DNA of 64,000 nucleotides, taken from Chloroflexota bacterium. GTDB taxonomy: Bacteria; Chloroflexota; Dehalococcoidia; Lucifugimonadales; UBA3495. This document shows, piece by piece, positions 27,791 through 37,297 of the stretch (positions are counted from its first letter, which is position 1; every line of letters begins with the position of its first letter). The DNA lies in assembly GCA_027623675.1 (NCBI GenBank), contig JAQBVF010000002.1:103195-167194 (forward strand), in the 5' to 3' direction. The notes beneath the pieces are model-generated. The model did no database searches. It was not told where the DNA came from and saw only the letters and a program-made list of their open reading frames with translations. A program made the position numbers and the translations under genes.

Positions 27791-30103
27791 ATGACCATGA
27801 CTACCACCGAGCGGACCCAGGCGCAGGGCGCGATGCGCGGCGTGCAGGTCTTGGATTTCGGGCAATACATCCCCGGCCCGATGCTTGGGATGCTGCTCAG
27901 CGACCAGGGCGCCGATGTGATCAAGGTTGAACGCCCCGGCGGCGACCCCGCCCGCAGCGAACCGGCCTTCGCCACCTGGAACCGAGGCAAACGCTCGGTG
28001 GTGCTGGACCTGACAACCCCCGAAGGACAGGCCGCCGCCGTGGCCCTGGCCAAGAAGGCCGACATTGTGATTGAGAACTACCGGCCCGGCGTGGCCGACC
28101 GGCTGGGCATCGGCTACGAAGCCCTCGCCAAGGCCAACCCAGGGCTGCTCTACTGCTCCATCCCCGGTTTCGGCGAGGACAGCCCCCACCGCAACGAACG
28201 CGGCTGGGAGGGCATCGTGGCGGCGTCCACCGGCGTCTACCAGCCCATCGACGGGTCCGGCGAGCCGCTATTCCTGCCGCTGCCGGCGGCAAGTACCTTC
28301 GCGGCGTTGGTGGCCGCGGTGTCCGTGACCATGGCAATGGTGGCCCGCGACCGTACCGGCAAGGGACAACGCATCGAAGTGCCCATGCACAGCGCCATGT
28401 TCTCGGCCATCGGGCGGCACCTGGTCAAGCTCTACGACGTCAACCCGCCTGACCTGTTCAATCTGCCACGCAACGTCATGTCCCACCAATATATGTGCGC
28501 CGACGGCCGCTACTTCCAGTCCCACGGCATGTACCAGCGGTTCGTCAGCCAATTGATGGACGCCGCCGGCCGCCCGGAGTGGATCGAGGAGCTTCAAGAC
28601 CTCTACGGCACGGAGGTTGCCCCCGAGACCGTGGCCATGTGGAAGGACCGGTTCGAGAAGATGTACCTGGAGCGCCCCGCCAAGGAGTGGGAAGACGCCA
28701 TCGCCGCGTCCAAGGGCGTGGGCACCATCTGCAAGACCATCGACGAATGGCTGGTCCACGAGCATGCCATCGCCGGGAAGATTGTCGCCGAGGTGGACGA
28801 CGCCGAGCACGGGAACATGAAGCAGCCCGGAGTGCAGGTCCGGCTTCGGGGCACGCCCGGCGCCATCCAGGGCCGCGCGCCCAAGTTGGGTGAGCACACC
28901 GACGAGATATTGGCCGAGCTGGGAAACAGCTCCGCGCCGGCGGCAACGCCCAAGAACCGCAGCGAAAACATCATGAGCGCCCTGGAAGGGCTTCGAGTGC
29001 TGGACCTTTGTATCGTACTGGCCGGTCCCACCTGCGGGCGAACCCTGGGCGAATTCGGCGCCGATGTCATCAAGATCGACGACCCGGCGCGGCCCTACGA
29101 TGTGGCCGGCAACGCCGACGTGAACCGGGGCAAGCGCAGCATCCAGATCAATCTCAAGACCAAAGAGGGCTTGTCAGTCTTCTACAAGTTACTGGAGAAC
29201 GCGGACGTGGTGGTGGAGAACAACCGCAAGAGCAGCCTGGCCCGCCTGGGAATCAGCTACGAGGAGATGTCCAAGCGTAAACCCGACATCGTCCACGCTT
29301 CGTTGAACGCGTTTGGGTACGACGGACCGTGGAGCGAGCGGCCCGGTTGGGAGCAATTGGCCCAGGCCACCAGCGGGATCCAGGTCCGGCGGGGCGGCCG
29401 CGACGCGGCCCCCAAGCTGCTGCCCTATCCAATGAACGATTACGGCACCGGACTGATGGGCGCTTACGCCGTGGCCCTGGCTGTTCACGAGCGCAACCGC
29501 ACCGGCAAGGGTCAACAGGTGGACAGCGGCTTGGCATTGACCGCCGCCCTCCTCCAGTCGCCATATTTCTTGGATTACGATGGCTACAAGCGGGACGAAC
29601 CCGAGGGACTGGGAGTGCGGGGCTTCTCCGCCAAGTCCCGCCTCTACGCCGCCGCCGATGGCTGGCTGTACCTGCACTGCCCTGACGACGAGGCTTGGGG
29701 CCGATTGACGGGACTACCCGAGTTTACCGGTATGGACGCGGGCAGCGACGAGTCACTTACCCGGTCCATGGCGCAAGTGTTGGCTGGCAAGCCTCGGTCA
29801 GAGTGGGCGAAGGTCATCAACCCCACCGGCGTCAGCGTGATCGCCAACCGCATGGTTGAGGACTTCCGAGACGACGCCGACATCCGCAAGGCCGGACTGA
29901 TCGTGAAACGCTACCACCCCGGCTACGGCCAGGCCGACCACCTTGGCAGCGTGGCCAAGCTCTCGGAGACGCCCATGCGGATCGGCCGGCCCACCCCGCT
30001 CTTGGGCGCGGAGACCGACGATATCCTCAGCGAGGCCGGATACACCGGGGAGCAGATCGAATCCATGAAGCTGTCCGGGGCCGTCGTCCAGCACCCGGTT
30101 TAG
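27791..30103 (+). CDS. Family III CoA-transferase (CaiB/BaiF), tandem two-domain fusion
   Basis: Two repeats of 'VLD....GP.....L.D/E.GADVIK', 'NRGKRS' and 'EN.R', each ending in 'P.LG..TD.IL.E'. Confidence 0.92.
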   Translation: MTMTTTERTQAQGAMRGVQVLDFGQYIPGPMLGMLLSDQGADVIKVERPGGDPARSEPAFATWNRGKRSVVLDLTTPEGQAAAVALAKKADIVIENYRPGVADRLGIGYEALAKANPGLLYCSIPGFGEDSPHRNERGWEGIVAASTGVYQPIDGSGEPLFLPLPAASTFAALVAAVSVTMAMVARDRTGKGQRIEVPMHSAMFSAIGRHLVKLYDVNPPDLFNLPRNVMSHQYMCADGRYFQSHGMYQRFVSQLMDAAGRPEWIEELQDLYGTEVAPETVAMWKDRFEKMYLERPAKEWEDAIAASKGVGTICKTIDEWLVHEHAIAGKIVAEVDDAEHGNMKQPGVQVRLRGTPGAIQGRAPKLGEHTDEILAELGNSSAPAATPKNRSENIMSALEGLRVLDLCIVLAGPTCGRTLGEFGADVIKIDDPARPYDVAGNADVNRGKRSIQINLKTKEGLSVFYKLLENADVVVENNRKSSLARLGISYEEMSKRKPDIVHASLNAFGYDGPWSERPGWEQLAQATSGIQVRRGGRDAAPKLLPYPMNDYGTGLMGAYAVALAVHERNRTGKGQQVDSGLALTAALLQSPYFLDYDGYKRDEPEGLGVRGFSAKSRLYAAADGWLYLHCPDDEAWGRLTGLPEFTGMDAGSDESLTRSMAQVLAGKPRSEWAKVINPTGVSVIANRMVEDFRDDADIRKAGLIVKRYHPGYGQADHLGSVAKLSETPMRIGRPTPLLGAETDDILSEAGYTGEQIESMKLSGAVVQHPV

Positions 30104-30119
30104 CGGGCAACGCGATTCG

Positions 30120-30551
30120 ATGGAAGACATCTTCACTCTGACTCTTTCCGAGGAACTTGAGATCGCAGCCCGGTTGATAATGGCGGCAGTCTTCGGCGCC
30201 GCCGTCGGCTACGAACGCCGCAGCGCCGTTAAGCCGGCCGGGCTTCGCACTCTGTCTTTGGTGGCCGTCGGCTCGGCGCTATTCACCATAATATCCGCTT
30301 ACGGGTTTGAGACCTCCGACCAGTCGAGGATCGCCGCCCAGATCGTGACCGGTGTGGGGTTCCTGGGCGCCGGCACCATCATCCGCAGCAACACCGGCGT
30401 GTCGGGGCTGACCACCGCGGCCACCGTCTGGGCCACGGCTGCCATCGGGATGGCGGTTGGCTCCGGACTGTACATCGCAGCGGCGAGCGTCACCCTCCTG
30501 ATGCTGGTGATTCTCTACATATTCGCCCCCAACCGGCATCCGGAAGATTGA
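30120..30551 (+). CDS. MgtC/SapB-family membrane protein
   Basis: 'G.ER....KPAGLRT', 'RIAAQIVTGVGFLGAG', 'GLTTAATVW'. Confidence 0.92.
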   Translation: MEDIFTLTLSEELEIAARLIMAAVFGAAVGYERRSAVKPAGLRTLSLVAVGSALFTIISAYGFETSDQSRIAAQIVTGVGFLGAGTIIRSNTGVSGLTTAATVWATAAIGMAVGSGLYIAAASVTLLMLVILYIFAPNRHPED

Positions 30552-30609
30552 GGGCCGGTCCGGTATGGTAGAACCGGGGACCGGTCCGCCTGAGTAAATC
30601 AGTCCAGTT

Positions 30610-30833
30610 TCTGCAGTCGTCCTAGGGATAAGACGGGACTCGACGTGGATCTATTCGTCTCAACCGACACCATCGCTTTCCACAAGGTCTGGATGGGAAT
30701 GGCATCTTTCGCCGAATGCGCCGATGCCAAGCTGATCGAATTGGACGGGTTGACCGCCCACGTTGCCGCCTTCCCGGCGTGGTTCAAATTAAGTGGCTTC
30801 TCCGGGGTGGAACCGGCGCTCGGCTCCGCCTAG
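30610..30833 (+). pseudogene. Probable remnant: C-terminal domain of an HxlR-type winged-helix regulator
   Basis: 'GLDVDLFVSTDTIAFHKVWMG....LIELDG....AAFPAWFKLSGF' resembles the C-terminal domain of long HxlR regulators as I recall it. No HTH part or RBS is present. Confidence 0.45.
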
Positions 30834-31028
30834 GTCCGTCGGGTCCGACCGGCCCCTTGATTCTCAACGGGTACGATGGTGAGATTCCATACGTGTGGCA
30901 GGCGCAGTGGTAACGTGCTAAACTGGCGCATCACAAATATTCGCGTCTAGGCACATCCGTGTGCAAATCATGGGCGCGGCCTCGGGGCGCACCCTGAGCG
31001 TGCGCAACCTCAGGTAGAAGAGGTCTTT

Positions 31029-33233
31029 TTGCTCCGCATCTACAACACCTTGGCCAAACGCGTGGAAGAAATCCACCCCACCACCGCCGGACTCATCCAG
31101 ATGTACACCTGCGGCCCGACCGTGTACCGCGACGCCCACATCGGCAATATGCGGACCTATCTGATGGCCGACTGGGTGCGCCGCTCCCTGATCCACAGCG
31201 GCCTTGAAGTTACCCACATCAAGAACATCACCGACGTTGGCCACATGCGCCAAGAGTTGGTCGAGGCCGGCGGCGACAAGATGCTGATGGCAGCCCTGGC
31301 CGAGGGCAAGACCGTCCAAGAGATCGCCGATATGTACGCCGGCCGGTTCTTCCGTGACGAGGCCCGCCTCAACATCATGGAAGCCACAGTGTTCCCCTGG
31401 GCCAGCCACCACATCCCCGAGATGGTCTCCATAGTGGAGTCTCTAGTGGCCAAGGGCCACGCCTATGAGAAGGGCGGCAACCTGTATTTCGACGTCCCTT
31501 CCTTCCCCGGCTACGGCAAGCTCTCCAACAACACCGGCTCGGACCTGCTGGAAGGCGTCCGGTCCGAGGCCGACCCGCTGAAGAGCGACCCCCGGGACTT
31601 CACCCTGTGGAAGGCCGCGGAACCGGGCCGCGACCTGAAATGGGATAGCCCTTGGGGGCCCGGTTTTCCCGGCTGGCACATCGAATGTTCAGCCATGGCC
31701 TCCAAGTATCTGGGAGAAAGTTTCGACATCCACACGGGCGGCGTCGATAATATCTTCCCTCACCACGAAGACGAGATCGCCCAGAGCGAAGCTGCCTTCG
31801 GCAATCAACACGTTAATTACTGGATTCACGCCCAGCATCTGCTGGCCGACGGCGCCAAGATGGCCAAATCTGGCGGCAATGTCTTCCTCATCGAGGAGCT
31901 TATCGAGCGGGGTTTCTCTCCGCTGTCTTTCCGATACTTGTGTATGACGGTGCGGTACCGGCACCGAATGAACTTCACTTTCACATCGCTGAAAGCAGCG
32001 GAAAAAGCCCTGACCGGCCTTAGGCACCGGGTCTGGCTCTGGAGCCAGGAGCCGGAGGCAGGCGGCTACGAGGCCCAGATCGAAGAATACCGGCGGCGGT
32101 TCTGGGAGCATGTGGAGTCCGATCTGGACCTGCCCAGCGCTCTGGCCATGACCTGGGAAATGGTCCGCTCTGAGCTGCCGGGCCGCGCCAAGATGGCCCT
32201 GCTGCTGGAGTTTGACCAGATGTTTGGCCTAGACCTGGACAAGGCCCCCGATGAGAACTTGGTGGCGCCGGACGTCACCGCTACCCTGACCGCCCGTGGC
32301 GAACACCGGGAGAAGGCCGATTACTCCGCCGCGGACACCATTCGGGGTCAGCTGGCCACAGGCGGGTACGTGGTGCAGGACACGCCCAACGGAACGCTAG
32401 CCCGCCCCAAGACTCCCCTGGAGTTACGGCAGGACAAATGGGTGTCGGTATCGTCGTCGCGGGAGGTGGAGTCCTACCTGAATGAACCAGCCGACCTGGA
32501 TTTCACATTCATCTTGAACGCCTACGGATACCCCGGCGACGTCAAACGTTGTATCGAGAGCATGCTGACCCACGCCGGAGACCACTCGGTTGAGGCCATC
32601 GTCATCGACAATGGTTCCACCGACGGTACGGGCGAACTCCTTGAGGAGATGCAGGGTGAGCATTCCAATCTTCGAGTGGTCCACTGCGACCACGTGATCG
32701 GAGACGCGGCCAGCAAGAATATCGGACTGATGCAGAGCCGTGGCCGCAACATCGTGGTCATGGACGGCTCGGCAGAGATCACCGGAGATATCCTCAGCTC
32801 CATAGCCCAGAAGCTGGACGATCCTACCGTGGGCATCTTCGGCCCCTGGGGACTCAGTACCGGCGACATGCAGCATTTCCACGAAGAAGTCGAGGACGGC
32901 GACGCCGATGCCATGCAGGCCTATTGCATGGCCTTTCGCCGCGAATCCGTGAACACCGTTGGGCTGATGCGGGAGTGCTTCCGGTTCTACCGCAACTTGG
33001 ACATCGACTACTGCTTCCAGTTCAAGGACAAAGGCTACAGGGTGGTGGCCGATTCCTCGCTGCCCCTGGTGCGGCACGAACACCGCCAGTGGACCGAGTT
33101 GGACGACAACCAGCGCGACGAGCTAAGCCGGAAGAATTTTGGCCGATTCCTGAAGCGCTGGGGCAACCGGCCCGACCTGTTGATCGCCGCCGACGCCGTT
33201 GGGTTCGAGAACCAGCAAAGGTTCCATCACTAA
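31029..33233 (+). CDS. cysS: Cysteine--tRNA ligase fused to a C-terminal GT2 (GT-A fold) glycosyltransferase domain
   Basis: CysRS part: 'CGPTVY..AHIGN', 'GFPGWHIECSAM', 'FPHHEDE', 'KMAKS', and anticodon helix 'DYSAADTIR..L...G..VQD...GT'. GT2 part from about 32499: 'IVIDNGSTDGT', 'FRFYRNLDIDYCFQ....GYRV'. Confidence 0.9.
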   Translation: MLRIYNTLAKRVEEIHPTTAGLIQMYTCGPTVYRDAHIGNMRTYLMADWVRRSLIHSGLEVTHIKNITDVGHMRQELVEAGGDKMLMAALAEGKTVQEIADMYAGRFFRDEARLNIMEATVFPWASHHIPEMVSIVESLVAKGHAYEKGGNLYFDVPSFPGYGKLSNNTGSDLLEGVRSEADPLKSDPRDFTLWKAAEPGRDLKWDSPWGPGFPGWHIECSAMASKYLGESFDIHTGGVDNIFPHHEDEIAQSEAAFGNQHVNYWIHAQHLLADGAKMAKSGGNVFLIEELIERGFSPLSFRYLCMTVRYRHRMNFTFTSLKAAEKALTGLRHRVWLWSQEPEAGGYEAQIEEYRRRFWEHVESDLDLPSALAMTWEMVRSELPGRAKMALLLEFDQMFGLDLDKAPDENLVAPDVTATLTARGEHREKADYSAADTIRGQLATGGYVVQDTPNGTLARPKTPLELRQDKWVSVSSSREVESYLNEPADLDFTFILNAYGYPGDVKRCIESMLTHAGDHSVEAIVIDNGSTDGTGELLEEMQGEHSNLRVVHCDHVIGDAASKNIGLMQSRGRNIVVMDGSAEITGDILSSIAQKLDDPTVGIFGPWGLSTGDMQHFHEEVEDGDADAMQAYCMAFRRESVNTVGLMRECFRFYRNLDIDYCFQFKDKGYRVVADSSLPLVRHEHRQWTELDDNQRDELSRKNFGRFLKRWGNRPDLLIAADAVGFENQQRFHH

Positions 33234-33597
33234 ACCGGGGGAAAGAAGCGGTGGCCTGGCAACCGCCGATTTGGTACCGCTGATCGGACGTGCTCGCCCG
33301 GTTTTCAGAGATACTGGCGGTGCCCGCCAGGCCCTCCAACCCTCTCCCGCTCCCGGTGGCAGCGCGGCTTCAGCCGGATCCCTCCGCTCTTCTTGCACCA
33401 CCCCCTTTGATAGTCTCGTCCGGATACTATCGGCTTGAAAGGGTTTTTACATAACGAAAAAGATTTGCATCCGGCGAATAGGTTAGAATCCTATCGTTCA
33501 CGTGGCCGCCGATCGATTGGCCACAACACCTTCTTGGGAAGTTGATTGCCACTCTGACATGCGATATTCCGCTCGGTTCATTATCCAATTCTCATTC

Positions 33598-33626
33598 TTG
33601 ACGCCCTGCCTGGCCGATGCTAGATT
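33598..33626 (+). promoter_or_regulatory. Putative sigma70 promoter of meaB
   Basis: TTGACG-17 bp-TAGATT, with TGn upstream of the -10. Confidence 0.5.
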
Positions 33627-33699
33627 CCGTTGGGATTCGACACAGGATCTCCTGGTTCCTCGCACCGCCCGCCGCGCCGTCCATCGGGGCGATTAGCCG

Positions 33700-34665
33700 A
33701 TGTCTGAAATAGCAGAAAAACTACTGGCTGGCGAGCAACGGGCATTATCACGATTGATCACCATGTTGGAGCGGGGAGACCCAGCTGCCGCCGAGGCGAT
33801 GAAGGCGATCGACCAGCATACCGGAAGGGCTTACACGGTGGGAATCACCGGTCCTCCCGGAGCAGGAAAGAGCACCATCGTGGACCAACTGACTAAGTTG
33901 GTGCGCGAGACCGGCTCTAAGGTCAGCATCATCGCCGTTGACCCCACCAGCCCCTTTAGTGGCGGCGCCATATTGGGCGACCGCATCAGGATGCAGCGCC
34001 ACTATCTGGATCCCGGGGTGTTTATCCGCAGCGTGGCCACTCGTGGCCAAACGGGCGGGTTGCCTCGAATCGTAAAAAGTATGGTCCGGGCTTTGGATGC
34101 CGCCGGAAGCGACCTGATAATCGTCGAGACCGTGGGTGTCGGCCAGACCGAACTAGGCATAATCAGCGTGGCCGACACGGTGTTGGTGGCGCTGAATCCC
34201 GAATCGGGAGACGCGATTCAAACCTTGAAGGCGGGGGTAATGGAGATTGCCGACGTTTTCGTGGTTAATAAGGCGGACCGGGACGGAGCGAACCAGATGG
34301 CAGCCGCCATCACCGGCATGCTTCATCTAGCCGCCAGCAGGCCCGAGTGGAGCCCCCCTGTTGTGTTGACGACCGCTAATACCGGTCAGGGAATCGAGGA
34401 CCTCTGGGTGAATATACAAAGTCACCGTGAGTTTCAAATCGCAAACGGCAGTCTCGACGAGCGCCGTGGGAGGCAGCGCAAAGGGGAATTCTTGGAGGCC
34501 GTGGAAGAGGTGCTGGCGCAGCGCCTTCGCGAGAAGGTGAAAAGCGACCCTGACCTGAGCGCTACATTGGAAAAAGTGGCCGCCAAAACGACCGATCCCT
34601 ACTCCGCGGCATTGGAGTATCTGGGGTCCGGCTCGTTCTCGTCAGACTGGCTAAACGCACGATAG
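33700..34665 (+). CDS. meaB: Methylmalonyl-CoA mutase-associated GTPase MeaB
   Basis: 'GITGPPGAGKST', 'AVDPTSPFSGGAILGDRIRM', 'ETVGVGQ', 'KAG.MEIAD', 'NKAD'. Confidence 0.95.
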   Translation: MSEIAEKLLAGEQRALSRLITMLERGDPAAAEAMKAIDQHTGRAYTVGITGPPGAGKSTIVDQLTKLVRETGSKVSIIAVDPTSPFSGGAILGDRIRMQRHYLDPGVFIRSVATRGQTGGLPRIVKSMVRALDAAGSDLIIVETVGVGQTELGIISVADTVLVALNPESGDAIQTLKAGVMEIADVFVVNKADRDGANQMAAAITGMLHLAASRPEWSPPVVLTTANTGQGIEDLWVNIQSHREFQIANGSLDERRGRQRKGEFLEAVEEVLAQRLREKVKSDPDLSATLEKVAAKTTDPYSAALEYLGSGSFSSDWLNAR

Positions 34666-34790
34666 GCGGACGCGCCTACCGTTCGGCAGACCGACTCCAC
34701 AGGTGCTCTGGCAACCGCGAACATGGGGAAACACACGCCTTTGGGTGGGCGGGGAAATACATATCCGATTCACGGAAGTGGAGATTCTTA

Positions 34791-35429
34791 ATGTCAATTC
34801 TTGGTATTAATCTAAGGGCTTCTCAAAAGAAGCCCTCTTCGGCGGCGGTATTAGATTCCGACTCCCACCTGAGCGAACTTGGAAGTTTCTACGACGACGA
34901 AGAATTCACAGAGTTGGTAGACCGGGTCCAGCCGGTCCTCATCGCCATCGGAGCACCTCTGAATCTACCTTCGGGCTTCTGCTGCCTGGACCAGTCGTGT
35001 GATTGCCATTTCTCGGTGCCAAACCGGAAGGGGCGATTGCTCGAGTTGGAATTGGCCAAGATGGGAATCAGTTGCTTCTACACCAACAAAGGTTCCATCA
35101 TCAGAGACCTCATCTACCGCGGGATCCACCTTAGCAAAGACCTCAGGGCGGCGGGACACAACGTGATAGAGGTCTACCCTCATGCCACAAAGATGGTGCT
35201 CTTTGGCGATAAGGTACCACCGAAGAATAGCTCGGCAAGCATCAGTTACATGATTGACCATCTGGCCCCCTTAGTCTCGGGAATGGAACGTCACACCGAC
35301 GACCTGGACCGGAACACCTGCGACGCGATCATCAACGCCTACACCGGGCAACTACACGCCCAGTCCAACACCGATGTGCTGGGCGACCCGGAAGAGGGGA
35401 TACTGGTACTGCCCAAGCTCCCCACGTAA
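34791..35429 (+). CDS. DUF429-like (RNase H-fold) protein
   Basis: 'ILGINL', 'IAIGAPL', 'R..E.EL', 'VIEVYPHA', 'DAI..A'. The usual acidic residues (GIDL, IDAPL) appear substituted. Confidence 0.7.
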   Translation: MSILGINLRASQKKPSSAAVLDSDSHLSELGSFYDDEEFTELVDRVQPVLIAIGAPLNLPSGFCCLDQSCDCHFSVPNRKGRLLELELAKMGISCFYTNKGSIIRDLIYRGIHLSKDLRAAGHNVIEVYPHATKMVLFGDKVPPKNSSASISYMIDHLAPLVSGMERHTDDLDRNTCDAIINAYTGQLHAQSNTDVLGDPEEGILVLPKLPT

Positions 35430-35463
35430 CCGGGGGAACCGGACCCCTGAAATTGCCTGCCTA

Positions 35464-35510
35464 GAGGCCCATAACCGGATACACCCATCCGGTTATGGGC
35501 CTCATTTTAT
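35464..35510 (+). terminator. Strong intrinsic terminator
   Basis: Perfect 17-bp stem GAGGCCCATAACCGGAT/ATCCGGTTATGGGCCTC followed by ATTTTAT. Confidence 0.8.
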
Positions 35511-35661
35511 ATCCGGCTATATCCGGGCCAAGCGGGAAATGGGGCCGGATGGCCCTAAACATCAGGGCGCATTGAAGGTTGCCGCTGGATGTTGGTGATT
35601 CTATGCTGAGGTGAGAATAGGTTAGACAAACAAGGCTGAATCCAAAAACGGAGGTGTGGAT

Positions 35662-36264
35662 TTGGAGCTGCAGATATACGGACGCAACCTTGAGATTAAC
35701 GACCAGATCCGTGAGCATGTGGAGACCAAACTGGGCCAGATCGACCGTCATCTTCCAGGAATATCGACAGCAACGGTGGAATTGGCCCTCGAGCCCACCC
35801 GCTCGAGCAATGACCGGGTGGTGGCCCAAGTAAGCCTGCACGTCGGTGGGACCCTGCTCCGGGCCCAGCAGAGGGCCGCGAACACCAAAGCCGCCATAAA
35901 CTCCGTGGCCAAGGCTTTGGACCAGCAGATCAACCGCTACAAGAGCCATGCCTACCGCAGCGAGCGCAACCGGCGGCATAGCCGTGGCGCGGACGAGAGG
36001 CTCGAAGATTCTTATATCCCCGGCGGCGTGGCTGAGGACGGAGCCATAGCCGGCACGGCGTTGGCGGATGCCAAGAGCATTGACGGGGAGATCGTGCGGG
36101 TGAAGGAATTTGTGATGGACCCCACCAGCGTGGAGGAAGCCGCCGTTCAGATGCAGTTTCTAGGACACTCTTTCTATATGTTCCTAGACTCAGAATCAAA
36201 CAAACACTGTGTTCTGTACCTGCGGGGAGACGGGAATTACGGCCTGATACAACCGAAGTCCTAA
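35662..36264 (+). CDS. hpf: Ribosome hibernation promoting factor, long form (RaiA/HPF)
   Basis: 'I.GRNLEI...IREHVE.KL', and C-terminal 'IVRVKEF...P.SVEEA..QM.FLGH.F..F......VLY.R.DGNYGLI'. GGAGG precedes the TTG. Confidence 0.92.
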   Translation: MELQIYGRNLEINDQIREHVETKLGQIDRHLPGISTATVELALEPTRSSNDRVVAQVSLHVGGTLLRAQQRAANTKAAINSVAKALDQQINRYKSHAYRSERNRRHSRGADERLEDSYIPGGVAEDGAIAGTALADAKSIDGEIVRVKEFVMDPTSVEEAAVQMQFLGHSFYMFLDSESNKHCVLYLRGDGNYGLIQPKS

Positions 36265-36394
36265 ACGTTCCGGGAGCGACGGGCAAGCAAAGACAAGAAG
36301 GGCATTCTCACCCGGAGATACTCGCGGGAAGGATGCCCTTCTAAATCTCGTCAAGATGGGCCGGGCCATGACCCGGCCCATCAATAAGACTGGC

Positions 36395-37264
36395 CTAGTT
36401 GCTTTTGTCGTCTCCGTTGCCGCTGTGGCCGCTTCCCATGCCCAGGAAGTTGCCCAGCAGGGACGTGAATTCCATGGGGAATATCCACTTGGTTGAGGCA
36501 CTGTTTCCCATGGATTTCAGCGTCTCGAAGTATTGCAGGCTCATGGTGCGCCCGTCAGCGCTTGAAGCAACGGCGTTAATGCGCTCCAGCGCCTCGCTGA
36601 AACCCATGGCTCTAAGCACGGCCGCCTGCTGTTCGCCCTCGGCCTTGAGGATCTCTGCTTGCCGTTCGCCTTCCGCTGAGAGGATCGCCGCCTGTTTCTC
36701 GCCCTCCGCCACGTTGATCTGCGACTGTCGCGCACCCTCGGACTCGGTGATCTCGGCGGTCTTGATAGCCGCGGCCGACTTCTCCCGCTCCATGGCCGCC
36801 TTCACTCCGGGAGGCGGGTCGATCTCGTTGATCTCCACCTGGGAGATCTTGACGCCCCAACGCTCGGTGACCTCGTCCATGCGCACCTGGAGCGCGTCCC
36901 TGATCCGTTCCCGTTCGGCCAGGGCATCGGACAGCGTGGTGGAACCGATCACGGCCCTTAATGTGGCGAACGCCAGGTTTATCACGGCCAGTTCAAAGTT
37001 CTGGACCTCCAGCACGGCGCGCTCGGCGTACTCCTCCATCACCCGGTAGTAGATGACAAAGTCCATGTCCACCACCACGTTGTCGGCGGTGATGTATTTC
37101 TGGGTCGGCACCCTGGTGACCCTTTCCCTCAGGTCGACCTTGGTCCCGTGAAAGATCACTGGCAACAAGAAATGCAGTCCCGACCGCCGGGTCCCGACGA
37201 AGGTGCCGAACTTCTGCACGACCATTCGTTGGTATTGCTGTACCATAATCAGTCCGAATGCCAT
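36395..37264 (-). CDS. SPFH/band 7 (stomatin/QmcA-like) protein
   Basis: 'VDLRE', 'IT.DNV.V..D', 'TLRAVIG', 'WGVKI..VEI.EI.PP', and AEGEKQAAIL repeats. Confidence 0.92.
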   Translation of the reverse strand: MAFGLIMVQQYQRMVVQKFGTFVGTRRSGLHFLLPVIFHGTKVDLRERVTRVPTQKYITADNVVVDMDFVIYYRVMEEYAERAVLEVQNFELAVINLAFATLRAVIGSTTLSDALAERERIRDALQVRMDEVTERWGVKISQVEINEIDPPPGVKAAMEREKSAAAIKTAEITESEGARQSQINVAEGEKQAAILSAEGERQAEILKAEGEQQAAVLRAMGFSEALERINAVASSADGRTMSLQYFETLKSMGNSASTKWIFPMEFTSLLGNFLGMGSGHSGNGDDKSN

Positions 37265-37297
37265 TTGACCCTCCCGACTAACTGTTTCCCAGATATG

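Noticed and set aside
30895..31028. T-box riboswitch or tRNA upstream of cysS (AGTGGTAACGTG)
   Set aside because: No Stem I/specifier features or cloverleaf. The segment is better explained as an extended -10 promoter (TGCTAAACT).
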